64,000 nucleotides of DNA from Cyanophora paradoxa CCMP329 (taxonomy: Eukaryota; Plantae; Glaucophyta). The notes under the pieces were generated by a model that saw nothing but the letters and a program-made list of their open reading frames with translations, was not told the origin of the DNA and searched no databases. The first letter of the stretch is position 1; every line of letters starts with the position of its first letter. Location of the stretch: assembly GCA_004431415.1 (NCBI GenBank), contig QPMI01000123.1:1-64000 (forward strand), read 5' to 3'. Made by a program: the position numbers and the translations under genes. Shown here piece by piece: positions 14,188-24,185 of the stretch.

Positions 14188-16086
14188 GTGCAACCGACCG
14201 GAACCGCCGACCAAGTCGACGCGACGCGAAGCGAGGAACGCCGACTGGGAAGCGTGGAAGCAGTCAGCAGACACCCCTCAGCGGGCCGCAGACCTGCCCC
14301 TCGCCTCCCAGGGAGGAGATCTCGATCCTCTCGCCACTCCATTGCGCCCCCCGCCGTTCTCGACGTCGCCGACGAAGCTGAGTACGAGGCGTACTTACAG
14401 CAGCAACGCGACTCTGGAATTCCTCAGCCTACTCCGATGAGCACCGACGCTGTCGCGCCGCTGGACAAGTCTCCTATTGGCCCTGCCGGAGGAGACCGCA
14501 ACAAGCCCGCAGTCATCCATCTACCTGACGACGTGGTGGTGGAAGATACGTGGCTGCAGGGACCCCGACCACTGGTCGACGTCCCCGTACCACCGTCTGT
14601 TGCCAAACTCGCTGTCGACGGCGCCGCCGTCGTTGCAGCACAGGCGGAGGACCCGCTCTGTCAACTGCTGCGAGCCTTCATCTGCAAGGGCGAGAACAAC
14701 GCCATGTGCCTTCGGCACCGGCGAGCAACGACGGTAGAAACAGAGATTGTGCAGCAATGCATTCACTGCGAGTCTGCGAGACGACGGTTCGCTCGTGAAG
14801 CCGAGGGCTACACGATCGATGAGGAGGGCACTGTCCTTCGGCTACCATTCCTGCCTACCATGCGAGCTCAAATCCTCGTTCCCCCGTCGTGGCGACGCAC
14901 CTTCCTCGAGGTGTATCACGACGGGTGGGCACACCGCGGCGCTCCCATTGTGGCGCGGCGTATCGCGTCTCGTTTCTGGTGGCCGGGGATGACGAACGCT
15001 GTTCACCGCTTCGTGAAAACGTGCCGACACTGCCAGTTCGCGAAGGCGCAACGCCGCCCGAGAGTCCAACACATGGTGCTGGAATCCGCGCATCCTGGGG
15101 ACTTGAGGCAGGTCGACCTGTTCCCCATGGAACCTCACAGGCGCGGGGTCCACCTCTTCACCGGCGTGATAGTCGACGTCGACGCCTTCACCAAGTTCCC
15201 GGAGATTATCATGTACACCGCGGCTGACGGCCAGGCCCTGGAGATGGCGGCACAGATCATCTTCGCGGCTAACGGTGCTCCCAAGCGTTACCTCTCTGAC
15301 AACGGGACGGTCCTCGGACCGAAGTCTCTTTGGGGAACCTTCTGGCGAGCCAAGGGTACGCGCATGATCTACACTGGGATCAACCACCAATCTACCAACG
15401 GTGGCGCTGAGCGTCTGGGCGGCATCTACAAGCGATTGGTGTACGCGATGTGCGACGAGAACCACGAGCCTCGCGCTCACTGGCCCTTCCATCATTACAA
15501 AGTTCTCTTTGCCTTGAGGACAACAATCCATGCGGCGACTGGGTTCTCGCCGGCAGTCTTACACTACGGGCGCGAACTGCTCCTACCCGATGAGCTTCGA
15601 CTCGATCTGGTACTGCGGGAACCAAACGAAGAGTCGATCTCTCTGTACGAGTACGCGCTGTCGGCGGCGAGGGCCGCTAAGGATCGGATCACTGCGGTGG
15701 CCGAGCACCGGCGTCTTTACAACGAGAAGTTGCTCCGTTACGGGACTGGCCGCGAGCCTACCTATGTCTTCCAGCCTGGCGACAAGGTGTTGGTGTGGAT
15801 TATCACTGCCAAGACTAGCGCGCGAATCAAGGGGCCGAGGAATGGCTGGACGGGTCCCTACGTGGTGCAGGAGATCCATTCCCGAGGCCTTCTGTACACT
15901 GTACGCGGGGAGCCATCGTCGAACATGCATCGATCCCAGTCGATCCTTGTTCACGTTGACCTCATGATCCCCTTTTACGATCGGCCGGCCGACGTGGCAG
16001 AGCCTCGACGTCAGGGCCGACCGCCTCGAGCCGCTCCCCTCCGGCCGCGAGCGATCCCGACGCCATTGATGGAGCTGTACCCTTGA
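14188..16086 (+). CDS. pol: Integrase domain of Gypsy pol (HHCC, DDE core, GPY/F)
   Basis: YHDGWAHRG...FWWPGM...CRHCQ; QVDLF, YLSDNGT, STNGGAER; HAATGFSPAVLHYGR; WTGPYVV. No chromodomain seen. Confidence 0.96.
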   Translation: MQPTGTADQVDATRSEERRLGSVEAVSRHPSAGRRPAPRLPGRRSRSSRHSIAPPAVLDVADEAEYEAYLQQQRDSGIPQPTPMSTDAVAPLDKSPIGPAGGDRNKPAVIHLPDDVVVEDTWLQGPRPLVDVPVPPSVAKLAVDGAAVVAAQAEDPLCQLLRAFICKGENNAMCLRHRRATTVETEIVQQCIHCESARRRFAREAEGYTIDEEGTVLRLPFLPTMRAQILVPPSWRRTFLEVYHDGWAHRGAPIVARRIASRFWWPGMTNAVHRFVKTCRHCQFAKAQRRPRVQHMVLESAHPGDLRQVDLFPMEPHRRGVHLFTGVIVDVDAFTKFPEIIMYTAADGQALEMAAQIIFAANGAPKRYLSDNGTVLGPKSLWGTFWRAKGTRMIYTGINHQSTNGGAERLGGIYKRLVYAMCDENHEPRAHWPFHHYKVLFALRTTIHAATGFSPAVLHYGRELLLPDELRLDLVLREPNEESISLYEYALSAARAAKDRITAVAEHRRLYNEKLLRYGTGREPTYVFQPGDKVLVWIITAKTSARIKGPRNGWTGPYVVQEIHSRGLLYTVRGEPSSNMHRSQSILVHVDLMIPFYDRPADVAEPRRQGRPPRAAPLRPRAIPTPLMELYP

Positions 16087-16170
16087 CGACGAGGTCGAAG
16101 AGGACGAGGTCGTGGTACCCCGGAACCTGTCGGCGAGGCCGTCGTTGTAGATGACTGTGATGTTGACTCT

Positions 16171-16884
16171 GAGGATGGAGATGCTGACGCCACCTCGGCG
16201 TGAGTCGATTGCCACACGTGACGCGGCCACGGCTGCCTCACGCTGATCAGTCGACGTTAACGGTTGGGATCCTTTCTGAGCGATGACAAATTGGATGGTG
16301 ATTTGCTCCCCGTCTCTGAGGCGGTGCACCCCGCACGCGCGCTCCCCTGGAATGTGTGGCCCCTGGGTTTCCCTGCTACCATTCTGAGACGAGGCGAGTA
16401 CCGGATCATGCCGGACCGATGTCGCGGGCCGAGGGCCATTGCTCGCGCTAAACTAAAACTTTTCCTTTGCGCAGCGAGCGGCTGGGTAGCGGCTGTACAC
16501 CGCTGCTTGGTTTTGCTCTGTCAAGGCTGCAGCGGGGCCTCGGGGCCCGTAAGTCTGTCGGGACGGCCGCCTGGTGTGGCCGCGAGGACGCGACCTAGGG
16601 ACAAGAGGGCTGTTGCCACTGTAGTTTAGCTTGCATTCAGGCCTTCGAGCCACTCTGTAGTATAGTGCTAGTGCGCGGGCTGAGGCTGTAGCACTTCTCA
16701 ATAGCTCATAGACTTGCCGGTACCTCCGCAGTACCTAGGACTCCTCCGGCGTTGCCGGTTCGTAGACAGATTCTGTACCCCCCCCACGTTGTTCGATACC
16801 CCCTCAGTCCTGTAAGAAGCCCAGCTGCGACCCGTTCGTGCTACGCCTGCGCGCCTGCTGCCTAGGCATGGGGCTGGGATCACA
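16171..16884 (+). repeat. Polypurine tract (GAGGATGGAGA, 16171-16181) and probable 3' LTR starting TG at 16182
   Basis: Purine run followed directly by TG, resembling the GAGGGAGA|TG junction of the small LTR element at 34500-34509. Non-coding sequence continues to ..ATCACA at 16884, where composition changes. The 5' LTR is not in the window, so the right end is unverified. Confidence 0.5.
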
Positions 16885-17044
16885 TTGGGACACTAACTAA
16901 GCCTATTTGACGACATATACATATATACACCGGCGTCACCGACATATTCGGGGTCATCACATCACGGCGACTCCGGAAATGTTTGGCATGCCACATATAT
17001 ATATCATATATATACAAATATGTCGACCAATATGTCGATTGATT

Positions 17045-17218
17045 GGGCGATAGTATCGCCCCATAGTATGACCTCAGGGCGATAGTATCGCCCCATAGTA
17101 TGACCTCAGGGCGATAGTATCGCCCCATAGTATGACCTCAGGGCGATAGTATCGCCCCATAGTATGACCTCAGGGCGATAGTATCGCCCCATAATATGAC
17201 CTCAGGGCGATAGTATCG
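17045..17218. repeat. Tandem array, ~5.4 x 32 bp, GGGCGATAGTATCGCCCCATAGTATGACCTCA, each with a perfect 8-1-8 palindrome
   Basis: Units start at 17045, 17077, 17109, 17141, 17173, 17205 (partial); core GGGCGATA-G-TATCGCCC. Confidence 0.97.
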
Positions 17219-17281
17219 GTGGATAGTATCGCTGTATAGTATCACCCGGGCGATAGCATCACCGGACAGCATCGCCGGTAA

Positions 17282-17450
17282 TGTGATAAATCAGCTGATA
17301 GGTCTGATCGTAGTGTGATAAATCAGCTGATAGGGCTGATCGTATTGTGATAAATCAGCTGATAGCTATATAGGGCTGATCGTAGTGTGATAAATCAGCT
17401 GATCGCCATCTGATAAATCAGCTGCGAAGGGCTTATCGTAGTGTGATAGG
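17282..17450. repeat. Second tandem array, ~32-bp period, TGTGATAAATCAGCTGATAGGKCTGATCGTAK, with palindromic core ATCAGCTGAT
   Basis: Units at 17282, 17314, 17346, 17386 (after an 8-bp insert) and a partial copy at 17411. Confidence 0.93.
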
Positions 17451-17950
17451 TGATAGTATCCGGATTGGCTACAATTGCGGATGCTGACCAATCACAAACG
17501 AGTCCCGACCCCCGAGTCCCGAGTCCCGACGTTAGCATTAACCACCGGCTGCCGGCGCCGGCGTGCGCGGCTGTGTGGTATTTACCGTAACACCGGCGAT
17601 CGCGACTTCGCGGAGACCCCCCCTTCCGTTTTCCCCGCATAACTTTGGACAGGAAGCTGATCTCGGCGCGCTCTCAATTGCTACGTGCTCGTAACTTGCT
17701 TCCGGGCATGTTGGTGCTAGTTTGACTAGCTAACTCAACCGCGGCAAGAAGTGCAAATTCGCCATAAGCACAAGTGCCCGAAAATCGAGGTGTCCGCTAC
17801 ATTCTGAGAGCCGGCGCGCGTTCCCATGAGGCTCCACTAGTCATACTTTGCAACCGTGCGCGTATAGAGTAGTTCTACGCTACTACAAAGCGGCGCGGTC
17901 TGATTCGCAAAGGGCGCGATTTGGCGGCTACGAAAGCACCGCGGCGCCTA

Positions 17951-19391
17951 CTACTTTCGTGGTCTCAAAGTCGCTTTTCGATCGCCATTAGCTACCGGCG
18001 CTACCGTTGCTACTTTTCTACTACTTCTTAATGTAGCTTTGGTTTCCGGCGCTTTATAGCTCTCAGTTTGATTAGAGAACGACTTATACCATCGTTGGCT
18101 ATTCACGCCGCCGGATAGCTTAGGCTCCGCGGCGGTTACTAGCCGCTGTAATTCTTTATTTACTCGTTTCTCTTTTTGCACGCGATCCTCTAATAGAGTG
18201 CCTTGCGGCACAGTCGCGGCGGCTTCTATGCCCTCTCTACGCAATTGCGCATCGACGCGCGCCTCGTCCTTCGCCGCCTCTAATGCGTCTACTGTGGGCG
18301 CCATTAGGTAATCCACAGCTTGGACAGGCAATAGCTCGTGGAAGGCAAAACGACCCTCTACGCGATTGCCGTCCGGATCAGTTAGCATAAACTTATAGCC
18401 CTCGCGCCCGGCGACAGTGTATACGATCCGGCTCCAATTGTTACCGCCCTTAGCGAATGGCGTCTTCTCGATGCGTAGCCTTACTGACATGCCCGGCTGA
18501 ATCTGATCCAAATAAGCTATCGATTTCTTGAATTTCGCATCTTCTTTTTGCACTCAGTGACTATAAGCTTATAGTGACTCTCGTTGGTCTCGGCAGGCAT
18601 ATAGCCGGTCGCAGAGTGCACCGTATTATTATAGTTATATTCTAACTCGGGCAGGACATCTATAAATCGCGCCGTATTATTCGCGATGCAGTAGCTCGTG
18701 ATCAGCCGCCGCATTTGCTTGTTAAATGCTTCTATGCGCCCTTGCGCGCGATGGTCGGCTGTGTCCGCAATCTGATGCTCGATAAACTGATTCTCGAAAT
18801 ATTTGCGCATAATATCATTGCGGAATTCGCTTCCCGCATCGCTTTGCACTTTGAAAATTGGTCTCGGCGCCTTATTTTGCAGCTGTATAAAGGCGGCTAA
18901 GGTCGACGCCGCGGACTTATCCCGCATCGGGATAATGAACCCGACCCGTAATGTGTTCTCCATAGCCGTGAGAAAAGCACTGTAATTATCATTATACTTC
19001 GAGTAAGCGGGAAAGAATAGCAGATCAATTACGTAGGTATCGAGAGGCTGTCGGATCGGTATAGCCGGGTCTCGTTTGCGGGATAGGTGCGGCGCATTAA
19101 TCTGAACGACCTCTTGCCGGCTATACCACTCTTGCAATTTCTTATAATTCTCATTGGGCAGCTCTTGCCGTAGCTTAGTGATCCCTTTGAAACCGGTTTG
19201 CGGACTATAAAACTTCCGGGCGATTTTCGATTCCTCCGGGACAGCAAGGGCTACGGGCACGTCGCGGGGCACCAAAGCCTTTAAATCAGACCGCTTTACT
19301 ATGCGGCTCTCTTTATTCTCTTTGGCACGGGGATCGGCAATGTGCTCCCCTCTAAATCTTGCGATCGTCTTACTATTGGCGGTCTTGACAT
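17951..19391 (-). pseudogene. Polinton-type retroviral-like (rve) integrase A, split by two 1-nt frameshifts
   Basis: YVIDLLFF, VQSDAGSEF, AQGRIEAFNK (DDE), YNYNNTVHSATGYMP. Joins ORFs 18517-19407 and 17951-18553. Probable start MSRPPIVRR at 19391 by alignment with integrase B. Confidence 0.9.
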
Positions 19392-19463
19392 CCTTGTCAT
19401 CAGACAATAAAAAAGATCAATGTAACATTTTACTCGCACGCGACAAGAAAAGGTCTTGTTTAT

Positions 19464-20072
19464 TTACGGTAAATTGGGACAGAATATATTGGCAACGATT
19501 CTATTAGGATTACTAACGTCAGTATACCACATTCGGCTAACGCGACTCCATTTCGCTCCATTGTCTTTTAAGAATTTACGCAAGGTGGTGCGGCGGGTAA
19601 TTTGCAGTCCATGCTCTTCAAACTTCTTATGATATGTGGACAGATTGCGTTTAACATTGAAATAGATAAGCTGTATCGACTGTGGTTCGTGCTCACGCTT
19701 TATGGCTTTGATTACATCAGTCATCTTATATTGTGTGCATCTTACGAGACGCCAGAAATCCAGAACAGGTTGATATCCTCCCTCGTCTTCATCATTTACT
19801 TTCTTGATGGTATACTTATAGGATATCTCATCGTTGGATGCTCTTACATACGCAAACACATTATTTATTGATCGAATGACTATCTTGTGCGGTTCTTCAA
19901 TAAAGAAACCAATAGATTGAATATCGGCTCTACGAAAGAGTGTATTTACAAAGGTAAATGGCATGCGATCAGTATCAAATGAAAAGAGGATATCAAATAG
20001 TTCCACGGTGCTAAATGATAGATCCGAAAGAGGATAAACGAAAATAGGTTGTCCTTTGAACAGATACGCCAT
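19464..20072 (-). CDS. Hypothetical viral protein, 202 aa, with a C-terminal DUF5710-like motif
   Basis: Clean AT-rich ORF with an AAA-ATG start; C-terminal LKDNGAKWSRVSRMWY resembles the K..GA.W......WY signature. Confidence 0.65.
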   Translation of the reverse strand: MAYLFKGQPIFVYPLSDLSFSTVELFDILFSFDTDRMPFTFVNTLFRRADIQSIGFFIEEPHKIVIRSINNVFAYVRASNDEISYKYTIKKVNDEDEGGYQPVLDFWRLVRCTQYKMTDVIKAIKREHEPQSIQLIYFNVKRNLSTYHKKFEEHGLQITRRTTLRKFLKDNGAKWSRVSRMWYTDVSNPNRIVANIFCPNLP

Positions 20073-20486
20073 TTTCGCCGTCGCCTTTTACTTTAACCCG
20101 AGAAAAATATTTTCCTGTTGCCTAAATGTAGCGCGTTCTCCTTAAATCATTTTGCGTTGCCCACGGGGCTTTCATTTTTTACAGCGATTGTGGTGAGACT
20201 CTCACGTTTACTGTCAATAAAATCAGGCTACCTGAGCGTTTATTGTCAAGATTTTAATAATTAATGAAAATCGTGACAATAAACACCGCAAAACGCGCAA
20301 TAAAAAAGGCGCAGTAAACAGTAAAATGGACGCCCCGATATGGGACGCGCACCCGATCCCTAATTACTTCCTAATCGACCCGGACGACCCCGGATTAAAG
20401 TGCATATGGCTTCTCCATATCCTAAGGCGACAGCTCCTTCAATTAGAGCGCAAACCAAGAAAAAGAACGCACGATAAGATAGACGA

Positions 20487-23400
20487 CTAACAGCCGAATG
20501 GAAGGCTATGTATGCCGTCGCCTGATATGCAGCGCTTGCCATCGAATTGGGTCAGCGCTATCCGCTTGCTCTCCAAATCATATAAGTGGTGGCATCGCCG
20601 TTGCTTGTTTACTACTGTTACTGTTTTTGTGATCCCGTCAAATAGGCAGCGCTTAAAGTCGTCGAAATGCACCTCTTTCGAGGCTGTCCCGCTCATTTTT
20701 ACCTTGTCGTAGCTCTCAGTGCGGAAAGCATATAGCTTCGGTCGCAGCCCCACATACTCCACTATCTTGACGTCGGGCATCTCATTTTTATATTTACCGG
20801 GAACCATCCGGTTCTCGGGACTATTAGGGCAATCTAAATAAGGGCTGATCGCTCGCATGCCAGCTTCCAGATCCGCGCTCTCTATATACAGACAGAACGA
20901 GTCGGTATCGTGGAACAGCAGCTGAGCTTGCGCGAAAGTCGGTCGGATCACGTCGTAAAAGAAGCTATAATTATGTAGCTTCGCGGCATCCAGCACATAA
21001 GCGCCAATCGCAACCGGTTTATCGAGTTTTACGTGTTTACTATACATTTCAAAGGCGACCGCAGTCTCGTTTAATACATTCGTCGCTTTTACCAGTGGGC
21101 TCGCCGCATATTTCTTAAACAGCTTCGTGCTATTCGCGATCTTTACCACTGAGCGCCCGCGACACGATTCCAGGCATTTACCGTAAATAGCATTGTTCAT
21201 CAATTTAAAAAAGTCGCTCTCGAATTTATTCCGGGCTTCCTTTCGCAGTTTCGTGTTCAGATCTATATAGGGCTTCATAAATGCAGCAGTTGCAAACGAG
21301 AGCACACGGTGGATCTTAGTAACTACGATCCCCTTTTTTACCATATAGAGCAGCATCGGCTGAGAGACCACGTAATTATATTTCGGGGTAAACGAGGCGA
21401 TCAGCTTCGGATCTTTACTGAGCTTCTCGCCGCTAATCTCCAAAAGCCCACGCTGATATTTGCCGAGCATGTCCGCAGTAATTACCTCTTTACTCACGAT
21501 CAGCGGGAAATCGCGATGGTCAGCCTTTAAATAGTCCGGATAGGCAAGGTCGACCTCTATAAATGCACTCCGCCCTACAACCTCGGTAAAAGCTGTGCTT
21601 GTGTCGTCCCAGCGATAGTCCCCGACCGGTAAAGACTGACTGAGCGCATAGCCATATAGATTATTCGCATCCAATAGCACTATATGTTTATCCTCGCTAT
21701 TAGCCTCGGCATATCGTGTGGGCATGGTCGCAAAGCCGCCCCTAATTGCCCGCTCAATAAATTCGTATTGATCCGCATCGCTGATCTGTTCAATTGCGAT
21801 CCTCGTATGCTTTAACATCGCGTCCCACGATAGTCCCGGTGCGCTCACATAATGCGTGGGATCCAGTCCGTATTGCTCATGGGCGAGCATACTGAATTTA
21901 CCGAATTTTACCATGAGATCATTAACATCGGACGCCTGAAAATCCATGAAATTCGAGGCGTCTATAAACTTGTAAAGTCCCCACTGTAAAGAGAGATACT
22001 CGTCGAAATTCTTACTTAGGATCTCGACCCGCAGCTTGTCGTCTTGCTGTGCGATTTTCCTGAATATAGCATGCCCGCACTCATCCATCCGATCAATGAC
22101 CACGGCTACTTTCGTTTGCTTTGAGATCCTCCTGTGTAAATTGCATTTTCGGCAAGCTTTCCCTATATAATCGCCGCTTTGGTGACAGTGATCGCGGACA
22201 GGGAAGTTTTCGTGGGTAAACCGCTGATTGCATATATAGCAGTGCTTGGTGAGCTTATAGGCTTGCTTTTGCGCCTCTGTGAGCGGGATCATAGGCGTGT
22301 TGGTAAATAGGGTATTAAGCATCTCGCGGCACAGATCCCCTAACGTAGTAAACATCTGACCCAGCGGATCCACGCCCTCGAATTCGTGATTTTCAACATG
22401 AGAGCCCATAACAACATTAAGTGCCACCGACTTTACCTCTCGCTTGGTTCGATTTGGTTCATTAGGAACCGGCACCGACTCCATTTCTACCTTGCAATAG
22501 CAGACCGTGGGCAGCCACACCATTTTCCTTAGGTGTTGCAGTCCGAAAGTAATAAAGCTTCCGGGTTCGGGGCATTTACCTTTACTGAGCCGCCAATCTA
22601 TACAGCGATTAGAGTCGGTGTGGCTATCGAGTTTCTCCTGTGATCGGAACCGGGACAAACAGGTTTCGCAGTAGAAAATGCGCCCGTCGTTTGCTTTATC
22701 AAAGGTGGTCTTTAAGAGGCGACTCAGTGACATTATCGTAATATAGTGACCCTGTCCGTTTGCGTCCTCGATCAGCAGCAGGTTTACCTTCGATTTACGA
22801 CGCGGATTACTTGACATGTGCAGTGGGTAAAAGGTTTGGGTCGCATTGTCGGCGCCATATATATTAATTGACAGCTCGGGATTATTGTCCTCGAAACGAT
22901 CTATTAATGCAGCATCGCAAGCCACCGGGAAAGTAATGCCTGAGAAGTCGAGTTCAGTCATCCACCGCCTATATTGGAACGGATCATTACGTTTGTGTCT
23001 GTTTATGTCGTTTCTGTGCAGCCATGCGAGGATAGCGTAATTAAAGCAGTCGTGACCATCGATATTCTTAATATTTACTGTGGCTCGCTTTAATCCAATC
23101 CATTCGGGGGTCTCAATGTAGCAACCGCCCATCGGCGCATATGATAAAACGACGACATGTAGCTTATCTAATTTACTGAGCCGATAGCTGTCGACCTGTA
23201 TCATCTGTTCATTCATTTGCTGAGCTACACCCACTAACTCAGTGAGAATATTGCGCGACCTTGTGATTACGAAATAATCGCTGTAAATGTGTTTGGTGAT
23301 AAAAACGTTAGGATCACTCACTTTTACGTATCGACAGATGAAAGTAAGGCGCACCTTAATAGCTTTGAGCTCGTCCAGCCGTTCTTTCAGCCGCCCAGGC

Positions 23401-23750
23401 AGATTTGCAGCGATTGTAGTGAGAAATTCCACCGGATCTAAGATTATCTGTTCATCCGCCTTATAGCTATACCAGACGTATGCTTTATTCATTGCGAAAC
23501 CGTCTTCCTCATCAGGTTCTATGACGGCTAAGCGCCGCCCTTCGGTATAGAAGCGCTCCACATTTTCCAGGCGATTATAGAGCTCGTCGGCAATATTTGC
23601 AAGGTTAGCTAAGCGGGGTTTTCGATCTAAGATCGCCGCCCTACGATCATATTCGGCTTCGGTGATCTCGCCAGTGACTAAAAGACTACCTAACAAGCCT
23701 AATATTTCGTCCTTTTTCTCTTTTATAAGGCGATTAGTTTGGCGGGGCAT
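20487..23750 (-). CDS. polB: Protein-primed family B DNA polymerase (Polinton/adintovirus type) with embedded endonuclease VII-like Zn motif and degenerate 3'-5' exonuclease
   Basis: YIETPEWIGLKRATVNIKN..DCFNYAILA, CYIC..VRDHCHQSG...CNL, LDPTHYVSAPGLSWDAML, LLDANNLYG (motif A), KLMNNAIYGK (B), FHDTDSF (C), GLRPKLYAF. First ATG (MPRQTN) at 23750. Confidence 0.96.
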   Translation of the reverse strand: MPRQTNRLIKEKKDEILGLLGSLLVTGEITEAEYDRRAAILDRKPRLANLANIADELYNRLENVERFYTEGRRLAVIEPDEEDGFAMNKAYVWYSYKADEQIILDPVEFLTTIAANLPGRLKERLDELKAIKVRLTFICRYVKVSDPNVFITKHIYSDYFVITRSRNILTELVGVAQQMNEQMIQVDSYRLSKLDKLHVVVLSYAPMGGCYIETPEWIGLKRATVNIKNIDGHDCFNYAILAWLHRNDINRHKRNDPFQYRRWMTELDFSGITFPVACDAALIDRFEDNNPELSINIYGADNATQTFYPLHMSSNPRRKSKVNLLLIEDANGQGHYITIMSLSRLLKTTFDKANDGRIFYCETCLSRFRSQEKLDSHTDSNRCIDWRLSKGKCPEPGSFITFGLQHLRKMVWLPTVCYCKVEMESVPVPNEPNRTKREVKSVALNVVMGSHVENHEFEGVDPLGQMFTTLGDLCREMLNTLFTNTPMIPLTEAQKQAYKLTKHCYICNQRFTHENFPVRDHCHQSGDYIGKACRKCNLHRRISKQTKVAVVIDRMDECGHAIFRKIAQQDDKLRVEILSKNFDEYLSLQWGLYKFIDASNFMDFQASDVNDLMVKFGKFSMLAHEQYGLDPTHYVSAPGLSWDAMLKHTRIAIEQISDADQYEFIERAIRGGFATMPTRYAEANSEDKHIVLLDANNLYGYALSQSLPVGDYRWDDTSTAFTEVVGRSAFIEVDLAYPDYLKADHRDFPLIVSKEVITADMLGKYQRGLLEISGEKLSKDPKLIASFTPKYNYVVSQPMLLYMVKKGIVVTKIHRVLSFATAAFMKPYIDLNTKLRKEARNKFESDFFKLMNNAIYGKCLESCRGRSVVKIANSTKLFKKYAASPLVKATNVLNETAVAFEMYSKHVKLDKPVAIGAYVLDAAKLHNYSFFYDVIRPTFAQAQLLFHDTDSFCLYIESADLEAGMRAISPYLDCPNSPENRMVPGKYKNEMPDVKIVEYVGLRPKLYAFRTESYDKVKMSGTASKEVHFDDFKRCLFDGITKTVTVVNKQRRCHHLYDLESKRIALTQFDGKRCISGDGIHSLPFGC

Positions 23751-23751
23751 C

Positions 23752-24167
23752 TTGATTCGGGCATTGTCATTTGTGAGGCTACGTTCCGCTATACCACTCG
23801 CGAATGGTTCTATACCGCGCTCACTCGTAACCGCGATCTGTCTACTGTGCTGATTTATACACCGATTCACAAGTTCCAAGGAAAGAGTGACTACATCGAG
23901 TATCTGAAAGGGAAGATCCGCGGTTACAAATGCCAGGATCAGCGTGCCGGGCGCGATTTCGATGAGGCGGATTATATTACGCCGGAGTGGATATTAGAGC
24001 GCAAGAAGCAACAGAAGGGCGCCTGTGCGCTCTGTTCCCTTCCTATTCCGACTGAGCCACAAGATCCGAATTACAAGCTCGTCGTGGATCGCATAAACAA
24101 CAGGCGCCCACATCTTAAAGACAATTGCCAGCTCGTGCATCACGGGTGCAATTGCAGCAAAAAATAA
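23752..24167 (+). pseudogene. 5'-truncated C-terminus of an SF1 helicase - HNH-like endonuclease fusion
   Basis: REWFYTALTR (SF1 motif VI), then KIRGYKCQD...CALC...VDRINNRRPHLKDNCQLVHHGCNCSK (HNH-like). Motif V and everything upstream are missing, and there is no ATG. Confidence 0.75.
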
Positions 24168-24185
24168 ACAGGTTTAATTAGAAGA

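Larger units (their letters stand above)
1..16884 (+). mobile_element. Giant Ty3/Gypsy (Metaviridae) LTR retrotransposon; 5' part lies upstream of the window; many single-base frameshifts
   Basis: Domain order gag CCHC - (long insert) - aspartic protease - RT (YVDD) - RNase H - integrase is diagnostic of Ty3/Gypsy. A purine tract and probable 3' LTR follow the integrase. Right boundary approximate. Confidence 0.9.

Noticed and set aside
17045-17450. CRISPR-like array (palindromic ~32-bp repeats)
   Set aside because: Units are head-to-tail with no unique spacers, no cas genes are present, and the context is eukaryotic.
18517-18560. Programmed -1 frameshift in integrase A at C-AAA-AAG
   Set aside because: Paralog B is continuous at this point and broken elsewhere, and similar single-base losses are scattered across the island; error or decay is simpler.
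23751-23879. N-terminal extension of pPolB given by the ORF track
   Set aside because: Starts at a non-ATG codon and is the antisense of the helicase fragment; first ATG is at 23750.
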